The notes beneath the pieces were generated by a model. The model saw only the letters and a list, made by a program, of their open reading frames with translations, was not told the origin of the DNA and ran no database searches. Of a stretch of DNA of 64,000 nucleotides, positions 40,690 through 63,187 are shown one piece after another. The stretch's first letter is position 1, and each line of letters opens with the position of its first letter. The position numbers were made by a program, and so were the translations under genes. Source of the DNA: Chrysomallon squamiferum (taxonomy: Eukaryota > Animalia > Mollusca); assembly GCA_012295275.1 (NCBI GenBank), contig CM022677.1, positions 16,492,001 through 16,556,000 of the forward strand, in the 5' to 3' direction.

Positions 40690-40861
40690 GCGAGTAGGTC
40701 AGAAATAGGTCACGTCTGTCGGCGAAAAAATTCGGGTCAGTGAACGAGAATATGGCACTGGTTTTTTTCATTTATTCAACAGACTCTGTGTTTAACATGA
40801 ATATTACACCCTCAGCCTATAACCAGTGGATTAAACCAATAAACAAATCGTTGATGTTAAG
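40690..40861 (+). promoter_or_regulatory. Putative promoter and non-coding first exon of the CRAL-TRIO gene, with DR5 nuclear-receptor element
   Basis: CpG-containing patch with AGGTCA-gaaat-AGGTCA at 40696-40712 and E-box CACGTG at ~40662. The donor AAG|GTATGT at 40861/40862 could splice to the acceptor TTTTAG| before 42499, upstream of the ATG. Confidence 0.5.
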
Positions 40862-41721
40862 GTATGTAGCATAAATCTAGTTTTATTTTTGTTTTTGTTG
40901 CTGTTTGTAAGTATCCTAACAATCGGAAGATACCGGTTGACTGAGAAACAGTCACAAACTGTCATCACTCGACTGGTCTCTTTTCAACACTAGCAATTTA
41001 TACGGTACCGTAGTAACATAGACAAACTGTCATACGTGGATATGGAGTTCAGTTATATATATATGAAGTTTAACCTCGGAAATTAAATAAATTTAGTTAC
41101 TTTTGTTCTTGATTTCGTTGTAAATAGGTTTTAGTTTGTTTATTATATTATTTATATAGAGCTTATAGGCCTAACAATTGTTCGAAAAGTACTACTACTA
41201 TTACTACTACTACTACTACTATTAAAACAACGACAACAACTACTGCTATTACTAGTTGTCATTATTGTTATAATATCAATAGCAGTAATGTTAATATTAA
41301 TATTATTAGTAGTGGTAACTGTAGCAGCAGTATTAATAGTATTAACAGAGACAGTAAATCTGTTAGTACCAGTAATAATAAATATTGGTCATAACACTAG
41401 CATTACTATCGTCATTACAGATATATATATATTTTTTGGACATTGCATCATAATGTAGACATCCTAATATATAGACTGTATATATACTATATAAATTATT
41501 TTTGCTAGTAGGAATACTTCTTTTTCTTCTGCATTTATTATTTTTTTAATATATTAGAATTAGTATTAGCGAATATAATTAATCACGATTATTTAACATA
41601 AGGCTAAATTTACTTACTTCAGATTATTCATTTCTTCTCCTATTGCAAAATGGCGACGATTCGTAATTCTTGCAACATACGGTAACGCATTGACATACAA
41701 TTATTACTGATATCAGTTCCA

Positions 41722-41795
<74 letters not shown>

Positions 41796-42519
41796 ACACA
41801 CACGTAATGTGCTTATCAATTTTGACCTTTGACCCAGGAGCATTTTACAAAAGCTTTTAATAATTTAATAATTTAATAATTATAAATTGAGAGTAATGGT
41901 TACGTATGTGAGGAAAATTCAGTAAGCAAGTGCTTTGTTTACGTTTCAGCCTCAGACGGTGAAATTGATGACGTTCTATTTTACGTCATTCGGTCAAACA
42001 ATAAATAGCCTTGTGTCAGGTCAATAGTAGCTGATGTCATTTTAAAAACGATTTCTTATGTTAATTATTCATCGTTTTAAACGACCAAACACAGATAATG
42101 CAAATATTAAATAAAAAAAGGAGACAAAATATAATTTAGAAATGTGGGTAACCTGAATGTAAGTAATAAAGCAAAGCTAAATATCGTTAATCCTCAAACT
42201 GACATTTTGGGTCTAAAATTATGTCTGTTCCATTTTTATTGTATTAAAATATATACTATAATGCTAACCGTGCATACGATAAAACACAGTTGATTTGTAT
42301 TTATGAATTAATGCAAAACTCATTGAAAATATAATTTATTTAGACTAATAAAGATTTCAGATTACGAAACTAAACAGTTTATTATTATTATTATTAATGT
42401 TATTATTATTAGTATTATTATTATCGTTGATTCATCTAAATTAATTTGAATTAATTATATTTCAAAACCAGTGTATATATTTATTATGTCTATTTTAGGT
42501 AATTACTTTATGACGTAAT

Positions 42520-43175
42520 ATGGCGAACAGGTACGTATGTACTCTGAGTCCGGAGTACCTGCAGAAGGCAAAAACCGAACTGGGAGAAAATCCGGACACG
42601 AGAATACAGGAAATAAATGCATTTAGAGAAAGATTAACAGGAATTCCAGGTATACGATATATTATACATACATTATTCTACTACTACTACTGTTGCAACT
42701 TCTGTTACTACTACCATTGTTGCTGCTACTACCACTACTACTACGACTGTTACTACTACTATGGCTACTACTATTACTAATGTTATCATAGCTAATACTA
42801 CTTCAACTATTTCTACTTCTACTAGTACTACCAATGCTACTATTATTACTACTTCTTGTACTACTACCACTACTGCTACTTGTGCTAATGTTATAACTAT
42901 ACCTACTACTACTATTACTACTACTACCACTACAACTACATGCATTACTTATATTACTAAAACTACAACTATTAGTACTGTTATTACTGCTACTATACTA
43001 TTAGCAAAAGTATTACAGTTACTACACCTATCATAACAAGTACTACTACTGGTACTACTACTACTACTACTACTACTACTATTACTACACCTATCATTAC
43101 AAGTATTACTACTGGTACTACTACTACTACTATTATTACTATTACTACACCTATCATTACAAGTATTACTACTGG

Positions 43176-43207
<32 letters not shown>

Positions 43208-43668
43208 TTACTACTACTACTACAACCACCACCACTACTGTTACACCTACTACTACTAATTTTGCACAATTACTACCACAATTTTTACAGCTTCTAATAT
43301 TTTCATTACTCGAACGACAACTACTGCTACTACCGCTACTACCGCTACTACTGCTACTACCGCTACTACCGCTACTACTGCTACTACTACTGCTACTACA
43401 GCATCATCTTCCTTCTCTTCAGGATTGACGTTTCGATCGGAAAGTCGATTTCTTATCGCGTTTTTGCGAGCGAAGAAGTTCGACCAAGAAAGGGCATTCA
43501 CTCTAATTATGAACTTTTACAAGAGGAAGTCGGAGAAGCCAGATCTGTATGCTACGTTGTTGCCATCGTCGATCCGCCATGTTCTCGAAAACGAGTTCAT
43601 CGTCAGACTGAAGGGAAAAGACAAGCAGGGGTGTCCCGTTCTTTTTTATAGACCAGGTGAGACAGGAG

Positions 43669-43744
<76 letters not shown>

Positions 43745-43844
43745 GCTGAAAGGGGAGAAATAAAATGGCTCTAGTCAGTGTAATGAATGATGTGTATTAT
43801 CCTTTGCGCAAGAGTCCCTCATTATTTCAACTTTTATTTATTTA

Positions 43845-43887
<43 letters not shown>

Positions 43888-44396
43888 TATTATTTATTAT
43901 TATTATTATTTATTATTATTTAATTATTATTAATATTATTATTATTATTTATATATATATATATATATTTTTTTTTTCCCAGGTAGATGGGATCCTGACA
44001 GGTATCCTGCCTGGGATCTTCTGAAGACGTCGATGATAATCATGAGCAAGATGTTGCAGGTACGTCCGTTTGCTATTCCAGTTTGACACGACGTCGTTTT
44101 GACGTAGTACTGTTTTGGCTAAATAACGTCTCCTGCAGTATTATTAACAAACAAATAACGTGGTGTGTTTCCCTCGTGTTGTTTGCAAAAACGTACGTCT
44201 GTGTTTATTATTTTGTACGTAGGAAGAAGAAGTGCAGGTGACAGGAGTGAGGTTTTTGACGGATCTCACGAACTTTGGGTGGAATCACGTAAAACAAATG
44301 CCGATCGATTATTTGAAATTCCAGCTGACGTGGTTTCAGGTAACATTTTTTAAAACCTTTGATGTAGTGTTTTATTTCATTTTATTTTATTTATTT

Positions 44397-44458
<62 letters not shown>

Positions 44459-44854
44459 AAAAAAATTTTAATATTTATTCATGTATTATTATTATCATCA
44501 TCATCATCATTTATCATAATTATATATTATAATTATTGTCATTTTTGTTATTATTATAATTGACATTGTTATTTTTGTTGTTATTTTGTTACTAGTACTT
44601 TTTACTGGTTTTAATTAATTAATTAATTTATTAATTTATTTATCTATTTATTTGTTATCACCATCCTCATCATCATAATTTATTTATCTATCATCCTCAT
44701 CATTATCATCTATTTATTTGTTATCACCATCCTCATCATAATTTATTGATTTATCATCTTTATCATTATCGTTATATCATTATGATCACAATCATCATTA
44801 TCTATATGTCTGTCTGTCTTTCAGTCTATATAATCTATCTACCTATTTAGTTCC

Positions 44855-44889
<35 letters not shown>

Positions 44890-46139
44890 TTTCAGGACTC
44901 GATGCCTCTCAGATACAAAGGATTTCATCAACTCTATGAGCACTCCGTCTTCGACTACATGTATAACATGATGAAACCTCTTCTGTCGGAGAAACTAAAA
45001 AGTCGGGTAAGTTTAACAACGACAGCAACAACAAGATTAACAAGATTAACAAAAACAACAAGAGCAACACTAACAATAACAAATATCTCAACCACAGCAA
45101 CAACAATAACAATAATAACAACGACAGCAACAATAGCAATAACAGTGACAACAACAACAGCAACACAAACAGTAATCACAAATACAACAACCACAGCAAC
45201 AATAACAACAAAACCAACAGCAGTAACAACAATAACTAACAAAAATAATAATATTATAGTAGTAATTGTTGTTGTAGTAATAATAATAATAGTCGTAGTA
45301 GTAGGAGTAATAATAGTAGTAATATTTCTTTTCAGCAAGTGGTAACTTAGTGATCTGATATTTAATTTTTATCAGTTTAGGTTTCTCTACATAATGGTAA
45401 AGGATATATAGTCTTTTAAAATTATTATTACTTTTTTATTATTTATTTAGGTTTTTCTACATGGTTCCAGGGTAAACGAATTATTAGAGTATATAGACGA
45501 AGACGTTTTGCCAGTAGAATATGGCGGTAAAGGCCCGCCATTATCAGGGGAGGTAAGTAAAAAAAAAATCTTTATTTTCGATATTGTTTGTCATCTGTGT
45601 TGTTGTTATTGTGTGTTTGTGTTTGTAACGGCATAGCAAATAATTGTTATTGTATGTAGGTTATGGTTTTATTTGTTTCTGGTTACGTATTTCTGATAAT
45701 TTTATTGATAACATTAAAAACGGTTTTTTATTTTTTATTGTGAAAAATAATTTCGTAGATTTGTTTAGTTATTAATTTTAATTAGTTTGTGTATTAGGTA
45801 TATATTCAATGTAAACCGTTTTTATAGATTATCATTTTGCTTAATATTATTTTATTTTATCTTTAATTAATTTATGTTAATTTTTTTTTACTTTTTTTTT
45901 TTTTTTTTTTCCTTTATACTAACATACTTTTTTTTTTTTTTTTTTTTTTTTTTGGCTTATTAATTTACTTACTTTATTACTAGGCGTTTACAAGGGTGCT
46001 ACTAGAGAGTGAACAGGAGTTTAAAGAAGATATGCAGTATGGTTTTGTAGACATGACCCTGCACAGTGACAGTTCGACTCGTTCCGAAGACGCCATGGAA
46101 AATCTTTCCGGAACATACCGGAAGTTGGACGTCGATTAA
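42520..46139 (+). CDS. CRAL-TRIO domain lipid-binding protein (alpha-tocopherol transfer protein/clavesin/CRALBP-like), 7 coding exons, 308 aa
   Basis: Exons 42520-42649, 43423-43656, 43983-44059, 44223-44339, 44896-45006, 45451-45552 and 45984-46139 are in frame with GT-AG introns. Motifs: KAKTELGE, FLIAFLRAKKFD, YRPGRWDP, EEEVQVTG, PLRYKGFH, KPLLSEKLKSRVFLHG, LPVEYGG, C-terminal GTYRKLDVD. Confidence 0.92.
43015..43255. repeat. ~60-bp tandem repeat (3 copies plus partial) in CRAL-TRIO intron
   Basis: actacacctatcat(a/t)acaagta(c/t)tactactggtactacta recurs at ~43021, 43084 and 43144. Confidence 0.8.
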
Positions 46140-46735
46140 CGAAAAACTAAATAATTTTAAGTATTATTTCTGTATTAATTAAGACGACGACAAAAATTTG
46201 TTGTGTGACTGACTATATGTGATGATGTAAATGTTCAAAAAACAACGCACAAAAGTAAGAACATTTAAAGAAGAAAGAAAAATGACGAAAATAAGGTTTG
46301 ATGATTTTTATGAGCATTGGATTGTCGTTTGACTTAATCGTTGGGTGAACAAAGACATACAGATTTTTGTTTCTGTTGAAAAATCCAGATTTGTAACTGC
46401 TACAATTATTAATTAATTAATTTTGTTTTATTTCAGTAACATAGATCATAAACTAGACTGAGCATGCGATCGAAAATTATGACTAATACAACTAAGATTC
46501 CGGTCAAGGCAAAAAACAAAAATCCAATTAAAAAACGAACATGGAATAGACTTTCAGTATCTGTCATATTTATTAGTTATTTATTATTGAATGCATAGTC
46601 TAGTTTATACTTTATATTATTTATTTATTTTACTAATCTGTGTCTACCATTTGCTTTCATAACTTTACATAAATATGGATAGCAGATTTCTGATCCGTCT
46701 ATGAAATAAATGTGTGTGGTTAGAAATTATTATTA

Positions 46736-46770
<35 letters not shown>

Positions 46771-47796
46771 ATTCGGTATAATTTGGTGTTATTACGAATT
46801 TCCGTTTACTGGTATTACTTCAGTCTACACAAATTCAGAGTCTCAATCACATTTCTCAGTGAAATACGTCTGTGGTTTATGGTTCAAAAATAGATTTTCC
46901 ACTAACGATAATTGTATTGCCTTACATAATTATAACCAGTTAATTAATGGTCAACAAATCAATATTTGTAAATAGAAGTGAGATCTGATTTCCGTTTTCA
47001 TTTCCTTTCAGATTATAACCGATTACTGATGTATAAAAAGAAAATTGCTTTGTTTGTGATAAATTGTTATTTAAATAACATTTCAAGATACTCTTCTGTA
47101 ATAATATAATTATGCGGAGTGTTCAAAAAAAAAAAAATTATTTTTAACTGGTGTTTATAAATATAAATTAAGGATAGTTATTCCAGCTTTTTTGCTGTCT
47201 TTTGCTCATCTAGGAGTTATTAAATGGAATAATTTGAACAAGAGTGCTACTGTAACTGAAAAGAAAAGTTTTATGTATACACAATTATGTGTATGTATAT
47301 GAATATTATGTAGGTATGCATGTGTGTATGCGTGTGTGTGTGTTTTTTTCCTGTATCTCTGACTGTGTATGTGTTTTGTTAAATATAGCTATGGTCCTTT
47401 AATATTGTTCTCTTTTGTGTTTATATGTGAAGTAAAGATCTCCAGATGTCTTTACCAAAGTTCCACAGATTTTTATTTTCATTTACAGTCTTTTACTATG
47501 TTTATAATCTAAACCATATATTTAACAAATTTGCTTTTCTTATGTAACAAATATAAATTTTAGAAAAGTTCTGAAATGCTTCTATTACTAAACTCTAAAT
47601 TTTATTTATTTTATTTATTTAATATTTGTGTATATATGAATTTTACTAACATATTTGGTCTTGTGTACCCAGTAGTTGTCTTTATATTCTTTTTTTTTTT
47701 GTTTTTTTTGTTTGTTATATGTTGTGCTAATGAGAAAGTGAGAACATGTGAGAGGGTAATATGATGAATGAATGAGAGATGGAGCAAGAGAGAGAG

Positions 47797-47830
<34 letters not shown>

Positions 47831-49206
47831 TCTGGATTTTATGGTTTAATGTCAAAACAGTTTATTAACAAAACAAACCAACAAAAAATAAAAAAATAAA
47901 TAAATAAATAAAAAAATAAAAAATAATAATAATAGTGAAATAAAATAATGAACAAAGTGAATTTGAATAATATCCAATTACATATTGATTTTTAGTGTAA
48001 CTAGCATTAAATACAGAACTGTATGTGTGGATGCATGAGTGAGTGTGTGTGTGTGTATGTGTGTGGAGAGATATTGTAACTAATCTTTTTTATCCACTCC
48101 CAGAACAAAAGTTACTTACAGAAAAGTCTGTATTTTATTATAGTCATAATATATAAAATCATTAGGTTTTTTTTTTTGCTTTAACATTTTATTTATTTTT
48201 TTTATATATTTTTTTTTAATTTTAGATGTTGTGGAGTAATGAGATTTTATTATTTTTATATATAACTGCAGTTCTATGGATGATAAGAACACGTTTGTAA
48301 AAGTTGGAGAAAAGATTTTAATTTCAATGCTTTATAATAATTACCTTTAAAGATCTATTTTTCACTTCATTACTTTTATTGTTATTGTTATTATTATTAT
48401 TATAATTCAACATGTACAGCTGCTAAATTTATTGTTATTTGAAGTTTTGAATGTGTTGAAAATGTCGAGGTAAATTTCAGAATATTAAAGCTTTATGAAA
48501 TTTCTTTAATTCATGTCACAGTACAAATAATGTGCCCTATCTTTGCAGGTTTCTTTTTTGTGTCTGTGGGTATATATAAATAAATATGTACCGCACACAC
48601 ACACACACAAATACATACACACACATATATATACACATATTATGGAAATAAATTAAACACCATCCAATTCATAGCCCTATAATTTGTGTGAATTAAAGAA
48701 GAAAAAAAAAATAGAGAATTTTCCTGAATGATTTATTAACAGAGGGTATCTTGCTGAGTAGCATGACCTTCATTGTAGATACTCAATGCACCTGCAGTGT
48801 AGTACCCTCAATATTACTGTGTCAGGTTTGTGATGATTCACATCAAACTATCTGCTGTCAAATTGCACTGAATATTCAGTACCGTGACTGCATGTATGAG
48901 GAATAAATAAAGATGTTATAATAAAATGTTGTACATTTTCAGCAGTAAAAGCAAATTAAAAAAAAAAAAATTTAAGTGCCAAAACGTGTATACAAGTAAG
49001 CATACTTATGCTTTTATTTCTTATTTATTTAATGGTTTCTTATTGATGTTTGACACTGTAAATAGAATGCTTGTCCAGTTATTAATTAAACATGTAATTT
49101 TCTCAAGTTTATAAATCCAATCCAATGTAATTTATTGTTTTTGATTTCACTCTACTGTAGAAATGTTTTAACCAAACCTGTGTGAATGTAAATGCGTGTA
49201 TGTTTG

Positions 49207-49241
<35 letters not shown>

Positions 49242-49830
49242 TAGAGAGAGAGAGAGAGAGAGAAAAAAAATTGTGAGATGATACGAAGTTCTAAATGCAC
49301 AAATTTGTACATATTTGAGGTTAACATTTTCTGTTTAAAATTATATGAATAAATTATTTTTAAGTTTATAGTTTTGTTTATTTTTCTCTTTTTTCTTCTT
49401 ATTATTTTTTGTTCTTTTTTAGCCTGATAGCATAAATTATATATAGTTATTATTTAAAAATGATAAAAGAAAAGAAAGTTAAAAATGACAGGAAAGGCAG
49501 ATATTTTAAACTACTGGCAAGACAGCAAGATGCAGAGACAGAGATAGAGACGGATGGACAGACTAACAGAAAGAGAGAGAGAGAGAGAGAGAGATTAGAC
49601 TGAAGAAAAAGAGAAAAGATGTCTGCCAACCTCAAATAATAACAAATAAATAAATAATAAAATAAATTAAAAGGAAAATTAAGAAAAGAAATGATAGACT
49701 TTTTAAAAGATATTTTAACGTTACATGGAAATTAATTCTGTAACATGAAAATGTTGATTTTTTTTTACAATGAAAACATAAATGACATGTACACATTACC
49801 TTATTTTCTAAAAAAGCAAACATACATATA

Positions 49831-50151
49831 CAGGTACTGGACCAATTATCCAGACTCCTTTTGGCCTGAGGCATTCCAGATTTCTGGATTTTCTGGTTTT
49901 CTGGTACCAAGGCATCTAAATACATAAATAATTAGGCATAAACGTTTTATAAATTATAAACATAAAGAACTGATGATACACAACTGTGGCTACTCGACAC
50001 ATAAACAATGTGGCGAGTGAATGAATGCCATGTGGCTTGAAAGAGTAGTTCCAGTCTGGTGAGGACAACCCCCATGAGTGTGAACTATGAAAACAGTGTT
50101 GTTAAAAAAACTTCCATATTTCAAGAAGCCAGACAATTGGTCCAGTACCCA
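49831..50151. mobile_element. ~320-bp non-autonomous DNA transposon (MITE), TA-flanked, Tc1/mariner-pogo-like
   Basis: Left TA|caggtactggaccaattatcc and right gacaattggtccagtaccca|TA give a 15-bp exact inverted match (ggtactggaccaatt) with TA on both sides. No ORF. Confidence 0.65.
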
Positions 50152-50196
50152 TATAAGTAATAATAATAATAATAAATAATAATAATAATAATAAAA

Positions 50197-50254
<58 letters not shown>

Positions 50255-50389
50255 GATAATAATAAAAGGTAAAAAAATTTTTTAAAAATTAATAAAAATG
50301 ATATACAAATTCACAACTTCTGTTCAAATTATACAACTTTATTCATATTCAGCTCATGCAGTTACATATGGCTAAATAATAATAATAAC

Positions 50390-50423
<34 letters not shown>

Positions 50424-50512
50424 TAATAATAATAATAATACAATAATTGTAAAATACAAATAAAATAACAATAATAATAATAACAATAATAATAATAAAA
50501 ATACGAATAACA

Positions 50513-50547
<35 letters not shown>

Positions 50548-50648
50548 GAATAATAAAAATACTTATAATATAATAGAAATAATAAAATAATAACAACAAC
50601 AAAAAACAAACTACAACACATCAATATAGTGAAGATGTGTGTTGACAA

Positions 50649-50697
<49 letters not shown>

Positions 50698-51040
50698 AGC
50701 TACCAAATATTTGATATATACTTACATACACTGGCTGCTCTGTAACCACGGCAACCACTACATTGTTCCTTTCATTGAAAACAAAACAACAACTATTCTA
50801 AAATGACTTATAACAGAGTTTTTGGCTAATGTTGGCAAACACTGCTCCAGAGAAAAAAAAATTAAAAAACTGAACTGTCGCTGCTTAAGGTTCAAGATTT
50901 TGTTGGTGGTTCTTATATATATTATTATTATTTTTTTTTTTTTTGTAGGATAAAGAATCTACTATAGGTATGGTTTCTTGGATAATACATTGAAAGGTTA
51001 TCAATAGTTAATTAAAATTAGAAAGATATTAATGTTCTGA

Positions 51041-51077
<37 letters not shown>

Positions 51078-51238
51078 TAGTAGTAATAGTAATAGTAGTA
51101 GTAATAGTATAATGCTGATAATAATAATAGCAATAATAATAACATAGTAGTAGTAGTAGTAGTAGTAGTAGTAATTGAAACAATAACAATAGAAATAATA
51201 GTAGTAGTAATAATAATAATAGCAACTGCAGCAACAGC

Positions 51239-51269
<31 letters not shown>

Positions 51270-51855
51270 TTAAGAAGAACAGTAATGGTAGTAGTAATAA
51301 CAACATTTTTATCAGTATTACTACTAATAATGATACAGTTGGAACAACATTAATAAGTAATTGATTATTATTATTTTTACAAGCTATACAATATTACAAT
51401 ATCATTACAGATTAGTTGTTGCTTTGTTTCTATTCTCAGCTTATTAAAAAAACTCAACATTTTCTCTCAAATCTTCATTAAAAAAAGGAATCTACATTCA
51501 TCTGTCACTCATCGTTCATTTAATTTTTCTGCAGTCCAATCAGATTACATGGTTAAATAACAAAGGCAGAGCATCATATGTTACAATCCATCAGGATCAC
51601 TTCATTTTAGTTAGAGGCGGAGCTTTTTTCATTTAATCCAACCGGTTCATTTCTTTTACAATTACTTTATCATTTTGACCTAACACAATAACAATTATCT
51701 ACAAAATGGGTGGAGCTTGTTCTAATTAGGTTCATGAATATTAATAAATTGATACTGGATGAAATAGTATGAATGAAATGTAATGATTTTTTATTTTCTA
51801 ATTATTTGTTGTTACTTAACTCTCAAATATTTTTTTTTAACCATTAATTAAAAAA

Positions 51856-51890
<35 letters not shown>

Positions 51891-52580
51891 ACAATAATTT
51901 CATTTTTTTTCATAATTAAGATTAAAACAGTGTATTTTATTGTTTCTGGAAGAAGTAATGAGAAAGTGTACCTATATATTCATGTACTTATCTGTATAAT
52001 CTTATCCACAATAATAAAGACCAAAATATTAAATAACTTTAGAAGTGTCAAATTTATATAAAAAAAATATAATTAACAAAAACTGCCCAAATTCAATAAG
52101 CAAACCTATTTACCATTTGATTTTAAAAAACAAATATGATTTTTCTTTTCTGTGAATTTAAAACATCATCTAAATGCTGCCACCCCTATTTCACACAATG
52201 GTACAAACCAACGATAAAAAGAATATAAGGAATAAGCTTTGAGTTAGTAAATGAATTTATGAAGCATGGTTTAAATAAAAAAATCTTCACAGCTATGAAA
52301 AAATCTGTTAATGCCTGTAAATTGATAATAATAAGAAGAAGATGAAGAAAAAAAGAAAAAAAGAAGAAGAAGAAGAAAACAAAACTTTAAAATAAAGGAA
52401 TCCATGCATCATGAGGGTATAGGTTGGTAGCAATGAAAAAAACATTTTTAAAAGCCTATGTATAAGAAATGATAGATAAAAAAAAAAATAAAATAAAAAT
52501 AATATAAAAAGTAATACCTAAAACAATTTTGACAATAATAATAATAATAATAATGGCAATAATAAAAAGTAATACTAATA

Positions 52581-52619
<39 letters not shown>

Positions 52620-52639
52620 GCAATAATAATAAGTAATAC

Positions 52640-52676
<37 letters not shown>

Positions 52677-53517
52677 GTAATAATAATAAAGTAATAATAA
52701 TAATAATAATAATAATGACGATGATGATGACAATGTTGATGACGATGTTGTTAACAAACAACTATTCACTGATGTAAGTTATGATTCATACATTATATCA
52801 AACACTGAGATGTTGTACACAAAATCTTTCCATGTAAACAAATAAAAATATCAACAATAATTCATCATTTCAGTACCCGAACCCCCTTTGCTGGTAGTCG
52901 ACTAATCCTAATAAAGACCAACAACTTGTAACCCTAATTTTTATATGGACTCAGCCTATGAAAGTTCTAGCAGCCTTAGATTCCCTTGATTTTTAAATGA
53001 GACTGCCCATTTTGAGACAGACAGCAAACACCTGCACTCCCTATTTAGTTAATAGACTCATCCATCAAAAGTTTCAAACACAAACTGTGTTGTCCTTATT
53101 CCAAAGTGTCCACTGTAAAGAGGTTTGATGTTGTAAATAAATATTTTGACACAGGCCTATTAAAGTCACATGGATACCATTAAAAAAAAAAATTAAAAAA
53201 TAATAATTAAAATAATAATAATGAAAAAGTAAGAAAAACCAAAATAAAAATATAATATAAAATAATAACAAAAATAAGAATAATTAATAAATTAAATAAC
53301 TAAATTTCATATATTAAAAATTAATAAAAAAATATAAGCAGTTGGAACTGAAATACTGATTCATTTCAAACATTTAACATAATCCTTTTTAGAAAAAATA
53401 ACCATTCCTGATGGCGTCAAATTTAACGAATCAATTCTTGTGTTTATGAAATCCTCGATTTTGGAACAAACAATCCTTATTCGTTTTTAAACAGGCTAAG
53501 CATTTCCATAAATGGAA

Positions 53518-53574
<57 letters not shown>

Positions 53575-53697
53575 AAAAAAAAATTATGTTCACAAAGTGA
53601 AATAGTCATACAAAAATGTTTTTAACAATCATTGTTTTTTGTTTTTTTTAAAAATCTGAGTTCACAATGTCACTTCATCAACAAAATAATCCATTAC

Positions 53698-53728
<31 letters not shown>

Positions 53729-53941
53729 CATGGTTATGTCTTCATTTGTTCTGGAGTTATCTCCCTCTCACGAATTATCTCCCCTTCAAGAGTTCCAGTC
53801 ACCAATCCATAAATATAACTCCTCATCATTATTGGGTTCATTTAACCTTCTGAATCTTTTTATATATATACAGAGAGATATCACCATTCCTTGAATTACC
53901 TCCACAAGTTATTACCTCCCCGTCAAGAGTTATCCCCCATT

Positions 53942-61200
<7,259 letters not shown>

Positions 61201-61639
61201 CTTGAATAAAAAAAAAATAAATAATAAATAAATAAATAAATAATAAAAAAATATATACAATCTTTCGCAAGAGATGACATGATTCAATACCACTAACAAA
61301 AACAGAAAATCAATGTGGTAGTAACTGTTACCGTAGCAACTTGCTGCATAAATGATTAAGTGGATATATGAGTGATAATTTTGTGTGGGGGGTTGCTATA
61401 TAATGATTGTTTTTTGTTATTTTATACTTTAATGGGTTTTTAAAAAAAAAAAAAACGTTATGAAAACATTGATAAAAGTTCTTACAAAATGTGTATCATT
61501 AGCATATATATATTTTATTAATAAACAAATAAGATGAGAACTAATGAATGATTGAGTATTCGTAATAAAATAATAGTGATATAAATAACAGATTAATAAT
61601 AACAACAGTAATGATGATGATGATAATAATAAAAATAGT

Positions 61640-61682
<43 letters not shown>

Positions 61683-61684
61683 GA

Positions 61685-61724
<40 letters not shown>

Positions 61725-62143
61725 TAATAATAATAATAACAATAATAATAGAAATAATAAAAATAATATGGGACAATTATTGTAACAGTAGTAACAATAA
61801 GAACATCACTATATCACATGCATGTTTAGTAAGGTAAAACTGTTAGTATGTTAGCAGTGTTAATGAGAAAGAGCTATGTTGTTAGTTAATGGTTTTCTAC
61901 AAGAGATGCCTCTCCTACTGGCTCTGTATTTTAGACATCAGTGAGAACAGATGCAAAATCCTTAATGACTTGGGTCTGTGAACTTTTCTCTCTCTGTGTG
62001 AGAGAGAGAGAATGAGTGTGTGTGTGTGAGTGTGTGTCTGTGTGTGTGCGTGTGTGTGTATGTGTGTGTCTTATGAATCTATCAGTGAATGCTGAACTTA
62101 ACGGTACCTCTGTTTTTTTATTAAATGTGAAGACATAACAAAT

Positions 62144-62223
<80 letters not shown>

Positions 62224-62305
62224 TATTATTACTGCTCACCTTTACAGGGCTAAATTTACTGATCAAATCTTCAAAAATAATAATTATAAAAAAAAAAAAA
62301 AAAAA

Positions 62306-62340
<35 letters not shown>

Positions 62341-62619
62341 TAAAATTTACAATCACCAAAAAAAGCAACAACCTCTTGCCATGCAACACTGTCACGGCTT
62401 TTTTTTAAAACTGAAGCAAATTGATTGAGCAGCCAACAGTTTGAAACAACATTGAAAAAAAAAAAAAAAAAAAAAAAAGTAAATAAAAGTGAAAAATAAA
62501 TAAATAAATAAAATAAAATAATAATCATAATTAATAATAGTTGTCATAGTAAAAATAGTTACAATATAGTAGTAATAAGAATAACAGCAGCAGTAGTAGT
62601 AATAGTAATAATAATAAAA

Positions 62620-62701
<82 letters not shown>

Positions 62702-62783
62702 CATAAATAAATAAATAAATATATTAGTAATAATAATAAAAATAGTAATAATAATTATAATAATAATAAAAGTAGTAATAATG

Positions 62784-62833
<50 letters not shown>

Positions 62834-63153
62834 AATAAATAAATAAATATATTGAAAAATAAAACACTAAAAGATTTGAAATAAACTTGAAATGATCCTG
62901 TTCATGTTTTACGTTATGCAGTTATCATGTTATTATGAATATGATTCAAAATGTGTTAATTCCAAAAGCAATGTGGTGATAAATGCTTATTTTAGTATAA
63001 TAATGATATGATTATGATTAGATATGCCTGGTTTGTTCTGTGGAAATATCATTATGGTATATAAATTAAGCACATTACTCTTAAGGATGTTTTATCATTA
63101 ATGGGAACAAATGCTTAACATTGTTAAAAATAATCTTTATTTTTCATTCTTGC

Positions 63154-63187
<34 letters not shown>

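Noticed and set aside
53518-53583. Long poly-A tract as a retroposon tail
   Set aside because: No target-site duplication or element body is evident, and A/T runs are common throughout the window.
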